A stretch of 32,000 nucleotides of DNA from Candidatus Saccharimonadota bacterium (GCA_041942055.1 CP145874.1:390001-422000); one strand, 5' to 3'. Numbered from the stretch's first letter, positions 1-11,690 are shown. Translations and numbers: made by a program. The notes: generated from the letters alone by a model not told the origin.

Positions 1-159
1 AGACATAATTGTTTATGTACACGTGGTGCTTATAAACCTAATGCATTTATGACAACTATTTATTTTTCTGGTCTTTTTGAACAAGATTTGATTAAAAAAG
101 ATGAATTCTACAAATCAGTATCTTTGCCTTGGGGGCATGGAGTACATTACTCTCAATAA
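1..159 (+). CDS. GTP cyclohydrolase I family protein, C-terminal fragment (5' end upstream of window)
   Basis: Frame 1 is open from nt 1 to TAA 157-159: RHNCLCTRGAYKPNAFMTTIYFSGLFEQDLIKKDEFYKSVSLPWGHGVHYSQ*. The pattern H-x-C-[LM]-x-x-R-G-x-x-K-P-x-A...T...G-x-F-x-x-D...E-F corresponds to the conserved C-terminal active-site segment of FolE-type GTP cyclohydrolase I (remembered as HMCMxMRGVxKPGAxTVTS..RGVF..D). It is absent from the ORF track because it has no start codon in the window. It ends 9 nt before the next gene. Confidence 0.6.
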   Translation, partial: RHNCLCTRGAYKPNAFMTTIYFSGLFEQDLIKKDEFYKSVSLPWGHGVHYSQ

Positions 160-168
160 GGAAAAATT

Positions 169-702
169 ATGTATAAAATCAATCGAAAAATAGAAATTGA
201 TGCTGGTCATAGAATTAAAGCACATACTTCCAAATGTCGTAATTTACACGGACATAGATATACAATTCTTGTGACTCTTTCATCAAAACAATTAATTATC
301 GATGGATCTCAGACAGGAATGGTTATGGATTTTGGTTTTATAAAAGAGGTTATGAAGGAGTGTATTGATAGTAATTGTGATCATGCAATTATTGTAGACG
401 CCGAAGACGAATACCTGGTAAAAATATTAGATATTGTTAATTCGGCACGTCAAGTAAAACAGTCTAAAACTGCTTCACTTATATATAATCCAGAAAATAT
501 GAAAATTTATCTGGTACCTTTTTCACCTACTGCAGAATACTTAGCAAAACATTGGTATGAAATATTATCATTAAAATTGTCTACTCAATTTGATCAAATA
601 AATCAGTTGAGTGTTGACTCAGTTAGAGTTTATGAAACGCCTAATTGTTGGGCAGAATATCCTACAACGTACTTTAAGGAAATTTCAAATGTTCAAAAAT
701 AG
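169..702 (+). CDS. QueD / 6-pyruvoyl-tetrahydropterin synthase family protein (6-carboxy-tetrahydropterin synthase-like), long form
   Basis: 177 aa. It has the QueD signature C-x3-H-G-H (KCRNLHGHRY), an upstream His (AGHRI), a DH pair (NCDHAI) and a C-terminal Glu region (PTAEYLAKHW). AAGGA lies 8 nt upstream of the ATG. It is only distantly similar to E. coli QueD (121 aa). Confidence 0.8.
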   Translation: MYKINRKIEIDAGHRIKAHTSKCRNLHGHRYTILVTLSSKQLIIDGSQTGMVMDFGFIKEVMKECIDSNCDHAIIVDAEDEYLVKILDIVNSARQVKQSKTASLIYNPENMKIYLVPFSPTAEYLAKHWYEILSLKLSTQFDQINQLSVDSVRVYETPNCWAEYPTTYFKEISNVQK

Positions 703-1840
703 CTATGTATTTGATGATGTATTACTAGTACCAAAACAAACGAATATTTCTAGTAGAAAAGAAATCAATATCAGTGTAAATTTAAATCGAATCGGACAGT
801 TAAATATTCCTATTATATCAGCTAATACTCAATGGTGTACTGAATATTCTATGGCTAGTGAAATGGCTCGAATGGGAGGACTTGGAATCATCCATCGAAT
901 GTGTACCATTGAAGCACAAATTAATCATGTACGTTTAGTCAAATCTATTTTAAATATTAAATCTGAAAAAGATTTCTTGCCAACTTTGGACAATGATGGA
1001 TATTTAAAAGTCGGTGCGGCGGTAGGAATCATTAGCGATTACTTTGATCGTGCTACACAATTAATTCAGGCGGGTGCTGATTTTCTGACTGTTGATGTAG
1101 CTCATGGTCATTCTACACAAGTCATTCGTGCAATTAAAAAGTTAAATAAGCATTTTCCAGAAATTCCTATCATTGCTGGAAATGTAGCCACACCGCAAGG
1201 AGTAATTGATTTAGCTCGTGCAGGTGCCAGCATAATAAAAGTTGGAATCGGACCAGGCAGTGTATGTACAACAAGATCGGTGACAGGAGCAGGAATTCCT
1301 CAACTAACAGCGATTATGGATTGCGTTGAGGCAGCAAAAGAATTAAATGTAAGTATTATTGCTGATGGAGGAATTAAAAGTTCCGGTGATATAGTTAAAG
1401 CCTTAGCCGCAGGTGCCTCATGCGTAATGCTAGGTAGAATGCTAGCAGGAACTACAGAAAGTGCGGCTCAATTAATAGAAATTGATGGAAAAAAATATAA
1501 AGCTACTAAAGGATTTGTAACCTTTGGTACTAAATTAGAACTTCAACGTTTACGTGGAGAAAAAATTAAAAAAGAAGAATATATTCGTTATGTTCCTGAA
1601 GGTGTGGAAGCTTGTTTCGAATATATTGGTCCTTTGCGCGAATATCTTTATCAATTAATAGGAGGAATTCAATCTGGTTTTAGCTATAGTGGAGCTATTA
1701 ACTATAATGAACTTCGTAATAACCATGAATTTATTAAAGTTTCTCCACAAACACATAAGGAAAATGTACCTCATGCATTGAGTATATATGGTACTCCACC
1801 TATTGATTATAAAAAAGAGGTAATTCAAAATAATGATTAA
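689..1840 (+). CDS. IMPDH/GMP-reductase family oxidoreductase lacking the CBS (Bateman) subdomain
   Basis: I prefer the start at ATG 689 (MFKNSYVFDDVLLVPK), which has AAGGA 8 nt upstream. It overlaps the upstream stop by 14 nt. The N-terminal FDDVLLVP motif is present. The catalytic-Cys loop GIGPGSVCTTR is identical to the GMP reductase loop. DGG(I)KSSGDIVKALAAGA is also present. There is no about 120-aa CBS insert. About 383 aa. Confidence 0.85.
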   Translation: MFKNSYVFDDVLLVPKQTNISSRKEINISVNLNRIGQLNIPIISANTQWCTEYSMASEMARMGGLGIIHRMCTIEAQINHVRLVKSILNIKSEKDFLPTLDNDGYLKVGAAVGIISDYFDRATQLIQAGADFLTVDVAHGHSTQVIRAIKKLNKHFPEIPIIAGNVATPQGVIDLARAGASIIKVGIGPGSVCTTRSVTGAGIPQLTAIMDCVEAAKELNVSIIADGGIKSSGDIVKALAAGASCVMLGRMLAGTTESAAQLIEIDGKKYKATKGFVTFGTKLELQRLRGEKIKKEEYIRYVPEGVEACFEYIGPLREYLYQLIGGIQSGFSYSGAINYNELRNNHEFIKVSPQTHKENVPHALSIYGTPPIDYKKEVIQNND

Positions 1841-2309
1841 AGTATCATGGGAAAAAATAGAAAAATTATCTCAAAATATAACGGAAATTATACGAGAACA
1901 AAACATACCATATGATTGTATTATTGGAATCTCCAGATCTGGTTGGATCCCAGCCGTAATTATTGCACATAATCTAGGAGTTAGAGAATTAACATCTATT
2001 TGTATTAAACGAAATAAAACTGATGAGATTAATTCAGAAACCGTTTCCCCTCAAATAATAGATATTGGTTTAATGACTGAAAAGTATCTCAACTGGATTG
2101 TTATTGATGATATTGTCGGCAGTGGAGAAACCATTAAATTTATTAGAAATAAATTTTCTCTACCAAATCGTTCAATTTTTGTAGCTAGTCTATTTTTCAA
2201 TTCTAAAAATGGGGATATTAATAAAATTAATAAATTGGTTAATTATTATGCTAAAGAAGAACAAGAATGGATTAGATTCCCTTGGGAGACAGAGGTAATA
2301 AATAGATAG
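1833..2309 (+). CDS. Type I phosphoribosyltransferase, Gpt (xanthine-guanine PRT)-like
   Basis: 158 aa. The PRPP-binding loop is WIVIDDIVGSGET. The overall layout is Gpt-like (VSW..., IIGISRSGWIPA, LGVRE..ICI, C-terminal WIRFPWE vs E. coli WIEQPWD) but identity is low. The ATG overlaps the upstream stop (ATGATTAA, 8 nt overlap). Confidence 0.85.
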   Translation: MIKVSWEKIEKLSQNITEIIREQNIPYDCIIGISRSGWIPAVIIAHNLGVRELTSICIKRNKTDEINSETVSPQIIDIGLMTEKYLNWIVIDDIVGSGETIKFIRNKFSLPNRSIFVASLFFNSKNGDINKINKLVNYYAKEEQEWIRFPWETEVINR

Positions 2310-2315
2310 AATCAG

Positions 2316-3533
2316 ATGCGAAATTTACTTTCACAAGCAGACAATGTACAAATAGTGAATATGCCTTTATCACCAGAACTTGAGGTGTCTCAGTATTTAC
2401 ATAAAAAATATTCCAAATTAACGAATTATCCAATAACTATTTTCAATGAAATTTTATGTAAATCAAATATTCCTCATGTGGATAATTTGTTCAAACGTAC
2501 GATACTTTTAAAAGGGCTAGATATGAAAGAAGATAGTTATCTTCCAGAATTTTGTCGACGCTTTCAAAAAATACTATCTTCATATCCGCATATAAATAAT
2601 AATTTCCAACTAAGACAAAATGAGTTGTTCTTATCTTCATTTTCTCTCTTAGATCTACCTTTTATTAAGTATCAACCTAAAGATGCTGGACGTTATTTAA
2701 CTTCATTTGTTTTTTGTATCGTAGACAGTAACCATCGCAGTAATTTAGGTTTTTATCGAGGAGAGATTAAAAATGAAAATACTCTGGCAATTTTTATAGA
2801 TCCAAGAACAGATGCGTATAGAATACTTGTGAATCATCTGCAAAATAACCATCAGGTTTATATTAGCCTCTTTAATGGTGGACCTATAGCCACTTATATT
2901 AGTGCTGCTAGTAAAATTCCAGATCTAATTGATAGTTATTTATTTGCTAATGCTTTATCAAAAAATGAAATCCAATTATTTCAAGAAAAACCTTATCCAG
3001 CAGTTCCTATCACAAGCGAAATAGTACTCTATGGCCAAATTTCGGGAAGAAAAATACCTGAAGGTCCATTTGGTGAATTTAAGGGATACTATTCTGATAA
3101 AACTTATAGTTATGAAGTTAAAATAGATAAAATCTATACTCGAAAAAATCCATATTTTTTCGGTTTATTTTGTGGAAAAGAATCGGGACTAAATTTAATG
3201 CAATTTCAAAATGAAACTTTTATGTATCATCACCTAATAACAAATAATCTTCCGATAACAAAAGTAATATATCCATTGAATTATTTTTCTGAATTTGGCA
3301 CAATCATTGAGACTGAAATACCAACTCATAAAGTACTGAAAACTGCCATGAAATATGATGCCAGAAGCAAGATTTTTTTTGTGACCAGAAATGCTAAGAC
3401 TTTATTTTCAGATATGGCTATTTTTAAATTTTCTGTCTTTAAAGAGAGTTATGTTAAAAAAGGAGTCAAAATGGGCAATCGAATTGGTATATTAATAGAT
3501 AATAGAAACTGCTATAAATGGGCTGAATATTAG
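2316..3533 (+). CDS. UbiD-family (prenylated-FMN-dependent) decarboxylase, compact form
   Basis: 405 aa. UbiD hallmarks are LPFIKYQPKDAGRYLTS (cf. P..DGG.YIT) and PEGPFGEFKGYYS (cf. EGPFGDH.GYY). It is shorter than E. coli UbiD (about 497 aa). It starts 6 nt after the upstream stop. Confidence 0.8.
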   Translation: MRNLLSQADNVQIVNMPLSPELEVSQYLHKKYSKLTNYPITIFNEILCKSNIPHVDNLFKRTILLKGLDMKEDSYLPEFCRRFQKILSSYPHINNNFQLRQNELFLSSFSLLDLPFIKYQPKDAGRYLTSFVFCIVDSNHRSNLGFYRGEIKNENTLAIFIDPRTDAYRILVNHLQNNHQVYISLFNGGPIATYISAASKIPDLIDSYLFANALSKNEIQLFQEKPYPAVPITSEIVLYGQISGRKIPEGPFGEFKGYYSDKTYSYEVKIDKIYTRKNPYFFGLFCGKESGLNLMQFQNETFMYHHLITNNLPITKVIYPLNYFSEFGTIIETEIPTHKVLKTAMKYDARSKIFFVTRNAKTLFSDMAIFKFSVFKESYVKKGVKMGNRIGILIDNRNCYKWAEY

Positions 3534-3571
3534 TAATATCAACGAATAATATATTTATTATAGGAAAAATT

Positions 3572-6639
<3,068 letters not shown>

Positions 6640-6650
6640 TTAGAAGTTAA

Positions 6651-6679
6651 TTGATGTGATTGAAAAAATTTTTTATACT
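6651..6679 (+). promoter_or_regulatory. Candidate sigma70 promoter for serS (TTGATG-17 nt-TATACT)
   Basis: -35 TTGATG at 6651-6656, a 17-nt spacer, and -10 TATACT at 6674-6679, about 30 nt upstream of the serS ATG. The background is AT-rich, so chance matches are common. Confidence 0.3.
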
Positions 6680-6709
6680 TAAAATATTTAAAAATTCTTT
6701 AAAATCAAT

Positions 6710-8008
6710 ATGCTTGATCCTAATTTATTACGTAATGAATCTAATATAAATATAGTCGCTGAAAAATTAGCGCGTAGACATTTTAAACTAGACATTGATA
6801 CATTACACCTGATAGAAATTAAACGTAAATCATTACAAATTGAAACAGAAAAGTTACAATCAGAACGTAATAAAAGATCTAAAGAAATTGGATTTCTTAA
6901 AGAGAAAGGTAAAGATATTAGAGCTCTTTGTCAAAAACTTCAAGTATTAAGTGAATGTATAAGGACAAAAAAAATTGAACTTAACATATTAAAAACTAAA
7001 TTACGTGAATTTATGCTGATGTTACCTAATCTTCCAGCAGATGAAGTTCCTAGTGGCAACGATAAAAGCGAAAATGTTGAAATTAGTCGTTGGGGATATC
7101 CAAGAAAATATGATTTTAAAGTACGTGATCATGTTACATTAGGAGAATTAACTCATGGTTTAGATTTTGCTTCGGCTGTTAAACTGACCGGAAGCCGTTT
7201 TGTAGTAATGAAAGGACAAATAGCTAGACTACACCGAGCTTTAGGACAATTCATGATAGATCTACATACTAGTAAACATGGTTATACAGAAGTTTATGTT
7301 CCTGAGTTAGTGAATTATACATCTCTTTATGGTACAGGACAATTGCCAAAATTTAGTAAAGATTTATTTTTTACGAAATTATTAAATTCTACAACCACAA
7401 ATAATTATGCTTTGATTCCTACAGCAGAAGTACCTTTAACTAATTTAGTACGTAATGAAGTTCTTCAAGAGGAATGCTTACCCTTAAAATTCACTGCACA
7501 TACTTCCTGTTACCGTTCAGAAGCTGGTTCGTATGGAAAAGATACTCATGGATTAATTCGCATGCATCAATTTGAAAAAGTAGAATTAGTACAAATTACA
7601 CCACCAGAAGATTCCATGCATATGTTAGAAAAATTAACCAATCATGCTGAAACCGTACTAAAAATGTTGAATTTACCATATCGAAAAGTACTTTTATGTA
7701 CTGCTGATCTTGGAAATAGTTCTTGTAAAACTTATGATTTAGAAGTATGGCTTCCTTCTAAAAACCATTTTTTAGAAATATCTTCTTGTTCTAATATGTG
7801 GGATTTTCAAGCTCGTCGTATGCAAATACGTTATATTAATAAAACAACTCATAAGACTGGCTTAGTACATACCCTAAACGGTTCTGGATTAGCAGTAGGT
7901 CGTACCTTACTTGCGATAATGGAGAATTATCAAAAAGAAGATGGGAGTATTTTAATCCCAAAAATATTACATTCTTACATGAATGGGATTACATGTATTG
8001 GAAATTAA
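6710..8008 (+). CDS. serS: Seryl-tRNA synthetase
   Basis: 432 aa. It starts [10 protein letters not shown], identical to E. coli SerS. Class II motifs and C-terminal regions are conserved ([47 protein letters not shown]). Confidence 0.97.
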   Translation: MLDPNLLRNESNINIVAEKLARRHFKLDIDTLHLIEIKRKSLQIETEKLQSERNKRSKEIGFLKEKGKDIRALCQKLQVLSECIRTKKIELNILKTKLREFMLMLPNLPADEVPSGNDKSENVEISRWGYPRKYDFKVRDHVTLGELTHGLDFASAVKLTGSRFVVMKGQIARLHRALGQFMIDLHTSKHGYTEVYVPELVNYTSLYGTGQLPKFSKDLFFTKLLNSTTTNNYALIPTAEVPLTNLVRNEVLQEECLPLKFTAHTSCYRSEAGSYGKDTHGLIRMHQFEKVELVQITPPEDSMHMLEKLTNHAETVLKMLNLPYRKVLLCTADLGNSSCKTYDLEVWLPSKNHFLEISSCSNMWDFQARRMQIRYINKTTHKTGLVHTLNGSGLAVGRTLLAIMENYQKEDGSILIPKILHSYMNGITCIGN

Positions 8009-8022
8009 TTATCTTTTTTTTA

Positions 8023-8095
8023 TGGGTCGTGAGGGATTCGAACCCACGACCGTTGGATTAAGAGTCCACTGCTCTACCAATTGAGCTAACGACCC
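8023..8095 (-). tRNA. tRNA-Lys, anticodon CUU (no encoded CCA)
   Basis: The reverse complement is GGGTCGTTAGCTCAATTGGTAGAGCAGTGGACTCTTAATCCAACGGTCGTGGGTTCGAATCCCTCACGACCCA. It is colinear with E. coli tRNA-Lys. The acceptor stem is 7 bp and the anticodon loop is CT-CTT-AA. There are mismatches at 27:43 (G:A) and 50:64 (T:T). Confidence 0.85.
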
Positions 8096-8928
8096 ACACA
8101 ATTCTCATCAATTATATCTTCTAATTCTTCATTTTTAATAGATTTTTGCATACATGCATATATAGCACAGATAATTGATGCGCGGAATCCTTTTTCTTCT
8201 AAAACTTTTACAGCTTCTATAGTTGTTCCTTTTGGTGAACAAATATTATCTTTTAGTTCTCCAGGATGTTTTTCAGTGGTTAAAATCATTTCAGCAGCTC
8301 CTTTTACAGCCTGTGCAGCAAATTTGTACGCTTTGGCTCTCGACATACCTCCAAGAACAGCAGCATCAGCCATGGATTCAATAAACATATAAACATATGC
8401 AGGAGCCGAACTACTTATTCCTATCACACTGTGAATAAGATCTTCTGTTATAACCGCAGTTTTTCCAATTAGATTAAAGATCTGGACAACTTGTTTAATT
8501 TCCTGTGGTGTTACCAAAGTGTTAGATGTAATTGAAGTCATACTTTCACCTACCAAAGCAGCAGTATTTGGCATCACTCGCAAAATTTTGCTCCTTGGTC
8601 CCACTACTTTTTGTAATACTTCTAGTGTTATCCCTGCAGCTAAAGAAATGACTAATGTATTTTCACTCAAATAAGAAAATTTATCTTTCAATACCTTCAA
8701 AAGAACATTTGGTTTTAATGCTAAAAATAAAATATCACATTTTTTCATTACTTCTTCTTCACTAGAAGTAAAATTAATACCATATGTTTGATGCAGAAAT
8801 TGATTTTTTTCTTGATGACAATCATAGACATAAATATTCATTGGCGAAATTAGTCTACTTTTAACAAAACCCGCAATAAGTGTTTGTGCTATATTACCTC
8901 CACCAATAAAACCTAGTTTTTTTTTCAT
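8086..8928 (-). CDS. proC: Pyrroline-5-carboxylate reductase
   Basis: 280 aa. Colinear with E. coli ProC (GFIG.GN, MPNT.ALV..GMTS.T.N.LVTP, SSPAYV.MFIE.MADAAVLGGM.RA.AYKFAAQAV, CSP.GTTIEAV.VLEEKGFRA). Its last 10 nt, including the TAG stop at 8088-8086, lie inside tRNA-Lys. Confidence 0.93.
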   Translation of the reverse strand: MKKKLGFIGGGNIAQTLIAGFVKSRLISPMNIYVYDCHQEKNQFLHQTYGINFTSSEEEVMKKCDILFLALKPNVLLKVLKDKFSYLSENTLVISLAAGITLEVLQKVVGPRSKILRVMPNTAALVGESMTSITSNTLVTPQEIKQVVQIFNLIGKTAVITEDLIHSVIGISSSAPAYVYMFIESMADAAVLGGMSRAKAYKFAAQAVKGAAEMILTTEKHPGELKDNICSPKGTTIEAVKVLEEKGFRASIICAIYACMQKSIKNEELEDIIDENCVGR

Positions 8929-8961
8929 TAAATAAGCTCTCCTTTTTTTATTAATTTATAT

Positions 8962-10029
8962 TTATATCTCATCTACAGGAGACTCATGTATCCAAACATT
9001 AAGTAATTTGTAAGAAATAGCCAATACTACTGGTCCAATAAATATACCAATCATACCAAAAGTAAATAATCCACCAATAACTCCACAAATAATTATAATC
9101 ATTGGCAAATCAGCCCCCATACGAATTAATATAGGACGCAAAAGATTATCTAAAGTTACAACAAGGCAGCTCCATATCATTAAGATGGTTGCCGAAGTAT
9201 TTTCACCACACCAATAAAGCCAAATAATAGCCGGAATTAACACAGGAAGTGTTCCAAGTTGCATCAAACAAAATAAAATTAAAACTCCTGTCAATAATGC
9301 AGCATATGGAATTCCCGAAAATGCTAACCCTACACCTCCAAGTACACCTTGTACTAACGCTGTAACACATACTCCTAATGCCACAGCACGAATTGCTTTA
9401 GTAGCAAGTAATATAGCTGCTTCACCACGATGTGTAGCCAATCTCCAAGTGAAATAACTGATCCATTCTTTTATCTGCTCACCACGCCAGTAAAGTAATA
9501 TACTAAATAATAACATCAATCCCAAATGCAGTATAACACGAGCAAAATGTGCTACCTGTAAGAAAATAAAGCTCGTTGTTTGACCAATATAAGGTTTAGC
9601 ATAGGTCATCATTGAGTTACTCTTTTCACCTGCTAAAATACTATTCCAGTTATAATATAATTTATCTCCAATAAGAGGAATATTATCAATAAAATGTAAT
9701 TGAGGTAGTTTGATTGGTCCTTCAGTTAAAGATTGAATTAATGGAATGATATTATCGATAAAACCAGCAAGTAATAATGTGAGAGGTGTAATAAAAAGCA
9801 AAAATAACATAAGTATCATAATTAATATAGCCAAGCTTCGACTTCCCCAGAGTAGATTTTGAAGTTGAATAAATAAAGGCCAAGTTGCAATTACTACCAT
9901 ACTTGCCCATGTAAAACCAGCGATAAAAGGTTGTACTATCCAAAAACAAGTGACCATTAGTATGGTAATAAACAAAAATAAAAACAATAATTGTGGAATA
10001 TCCACATTTTTTTGTAAGATATTTTTCAT
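8962..10029 (-). CDS. ydiK: AI-2E/PerM (UPF0118) family inner-membrane transporter, YdiK orthologue
   Basis: 355 aa, polytopic. Colinear with E. coli YdiK (WIVQPFI.GF.WA..VVIATWP, LLYWRGEQ, AIRAVALGV.VTALVQ.VLGG.GLA.SG.PYA.LLT, LPVLIPAIIWLYW.G, LDN..RP.LIRMGADLP). Confidence 0.9.
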   Translation of the reverse strand: MKNILQKNVDIPQLLFLFLFITILMVTCFWIVQPFIAGFTWASMVVIATWPLFIQLQNLLWGSRSLAILIMILMLFLLFITPLTLLLAGFIDNIIPLIQSLTEGPIKLPQLHFIDNIPLIGDKLYYNWNSILAGEKSNSMMTYAKPYIGQTTSFIFLQVAHFARVILHLGLMLLFSILLYWRGEQIKEWISYFTWRLATHRGEAAILLATKAIRAVALGVCVTALVQGVLGGVGLAFSGIPYAALLTGVLILFCLMQLGTLPVLIPAIIWLYWCGENTSATILMIWSCLVVTLDNLLRPILIRMGADLPMIIIICGVIGGLFTFGMIGIFIGPVVLAISYKLLNVWIHESPVDEI

Positions 10030-10117
10030 ACGGTAATGTTTTTCCTCTGGTTCTTTGAGTTCAGGAAAGTTAGGAAATAGATAGAGTGGTGTTTTTCATA
10101 CTTAGGAATAAGTTTGA

Positions 10118-10194
10118 TGGTACGTCCGAGTGGATTTGAACCACTGACCAACACCATGTCAAGATGTTACTCTAACCAACTGAGCTACGGACGT
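10118..10194 (-). tRNA. tRNA-Val, anticodon GAC (CCA encoded)
   Basis: The reverse complement is ACGTCCGTAGCTCAGTTGGTTAGAGTAACATCTTGACATGGTGTTGGTCAGTGGTTCAAATCCACTCGGACGTACCA. It forms a full cloverleaf, has anticodon loop TT-GAC-AT, and is colinear with E. coli tRNA-Val(GAC). Confidence 0.93.
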
Positions 10195-10237
10195 ATAATT
10201 TTTTATAATATATTATTAATCAATCTATTTAGTTATT

Positions 10238-11629
10238 TCAGTCATCTCCCTGCCGTAAAAGATCTTTATCCGATAAAGTTTGCAAATGGCGAATTCGATA
10301 TATCATCATCATTGCTGCTGCAGTTAAACCAATGATAAAACCTATCCAAAAACCCGCCGGTCCTAAAGGATTAACTATCCAATCAGTTAATCCTAATATA
10401 TATCCACATGGTAATCCAAGTAACCAATAAGCAATAAAAGTAATTATCGAAATAGAATACGTATCCCTATATGCACGTAAGATACCATTTCCGATAATCT
10501 GTACCGAATCAGAAATTTGATATAGAGCAGCAAATAACATAAGCTTGGCTGCTAATGCAATTACTTGGGGATTATCATTATATAACCAAGCGATCTGTTG
10601 GCGATAAAGCGCAGTTAAAACAGCTGTAATAATAGCAACAGCAATTCCAGTATAATGAGCTGTTTTAGCAGATAAATGTGCGCTGCTAATAGAACCTCTA
10701 CCCAGCTGAAAACTCACCCTAATTGTAGTAGCTATACTCAGTGACAGTGGTAAAACAAAAACTAACCCACTAAAATTTAATGCGATTTGATGACTAGCTA
10801 TTGATATAATTCCTAAAGGGGAAATTAATAAAGCTACTATAGTGAATAAAGTCACTTCAAATAAAAAAGATAGAGCTATTGGCAACCCCAAAGTACTAAG
10901 CCTAGACATCATTGTCCAATCAGGCTTTAGCTTGAACAAATGTAAGCACGTTACTCTTGTAATATGTTTCATAGGATGATTATTACTAAAACTGAACCAA
11001 GTAATCATAGTTATAAACATAATCCAGTAAACAACCGCTGTTGCTATACCACATCCTACACCACCGAGTGATGGAATGCCAAATTTGCCATGAATAAAAA
11101 TATAATTTATTGGAATATTAATTATTAAACCGATAAAACTTATTATCATGCTGGATTTAGTATTTGCAAGTGCTTCACATTGGTTACGTAATACTTGTAA
11201 CAATAAATATCCTGGAACACCGTATACCATAGCATGCAAATAAAAAATAGTTTTTTCAGCTAATTGATGATCTATAGAGTGTATATAATAAATTAGATAA
11301 GGAGCTTTATGTAATATAAACATAATTAGTAAAGATGTGATTATTGCTAACCAATAAGCTTGACATATATAATAAGGAATACGATCACATTGACCTGAAC
11401 CATTTAGTTTAGCTACTACAGGGGTTAATGCCATAATCAATCCATAACCAAATACAATAACAGGTAACCATATAGAAGTTCCTATAGCTACTGCAGCCAT
11501 ATCAATAGTACTTATTGATCCCGCCATAATTGTGTTAACAATACTTCTAGCAGTTTGTGCGATTTGTGCTAAAATAACCGGAGCCGCTAAAATTAGTAAT
11601 TGACGTGCTTCAACTAAATATTTCTGCAC
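10238..11629 (-). CDS. mdtK: MATE-family multidrug efflux transporter (NorM/MdtK)
   Basis: 463 aa. It starts [22 protein letters not shown] like E. coli MdtK and is colinear throughout ([42 protein letters not shown]). Confidence 0.93.
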   Translation of the reverse strand: MQKYLVEARQLLILAAPVILAQIAQTARSIVNTIMAGSISTIDMAAVAIGTSIWLPVIVFGYGLIMALTPVVAKLNGSGQCDRIPYYICQAYWLAIITSLLIMFILHKAPYLIYYIHSIDHQLAEKTIFYLHAMVYGVPGYLLLQVLRNQCEALANTKSSMIISFIGLIINIPINYIFIHGKFGIPSLGGVGCGIATAVVYWIMFITMITWFSFSNNHPMKHITRVTCLHLFKLKPDWTMMSRLSTLGLPIALSFLFEVTLFTIVALLISPLGIISIASHQIALNFSGLVFVLPLSLSIATTIRVSFQLGRGSISSAHLSAKTAHYTGIAVAIITAVLTALYRQQIAWLYNDNPQVIALAAKLMLFAALYQISDSVQIIGNGILRAYRDTYSISIITFIAYWLLGLPCGYILGLTDWIVNPLGPAGFWIGFIIGLTAAAMMMIYRIRHLQTLSDKDLLRQGDD

Positions 11630-11690
11630 TTATTTTATCCTTTAAGTATTAAGATATTTAGTTGTTAAACCATAACATAATTTACAGTGA

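Noticed and set aside
611-688. ORF-track N-terminal extension of the IMPDH/GMPR-like gene (MLTQLEFMKRLIVGQNILQRTLRKFQ)
   Set aside because: It lies wholly inside the QueD-like coding region in another frame. Family homology begins at MFKNSYVFDDVLLVP (ATG 689), which has its own AAGGA.
1-3533. Alternative reading of the first genes as ordinary queuosine, folate or tetrahydrobiopterin (GCH-I plus QueD/PTPS) and purine-salvage or ubiquinone genes (guaC, gpt, ubiD) that merely happen to be adjacent
   Set aside because: The tight operon structure argues against a chance juxtaposition, as do the overlapping start and stop codons and the low similarity to the E. coli housekeeping versions. Queuosine, folate and ubiquinone pathways do not combine these activities. 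This reading remains the null hypothesis for finding 1 and is not fully excluded without searches.
9752-9949. 65-aa ORF inside ydiK (same strand, other frame)
   Set aside because: It overlaps a well-supported membrane-protein gene and has no motif or RBS.
10114-10335. 73-aa ORF on the + strand
   Set aside because: Its 5' part is the antisense of tRNA-Val(GAC) and its 3' part is antisense to the mdtK 3' end. It is spurious.
10238-11629. The MATE efflux pump mdtK as a dedicated exporter or self-resistance gene for the putative deazapurine nucleoside
   Set aside because: It is 5 kb from the operon and separated from it by housekeeping genes. It is a close, vertically inherited orthologue of E. 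coli MdtK. Nothing in the sequence links it to the cluster.
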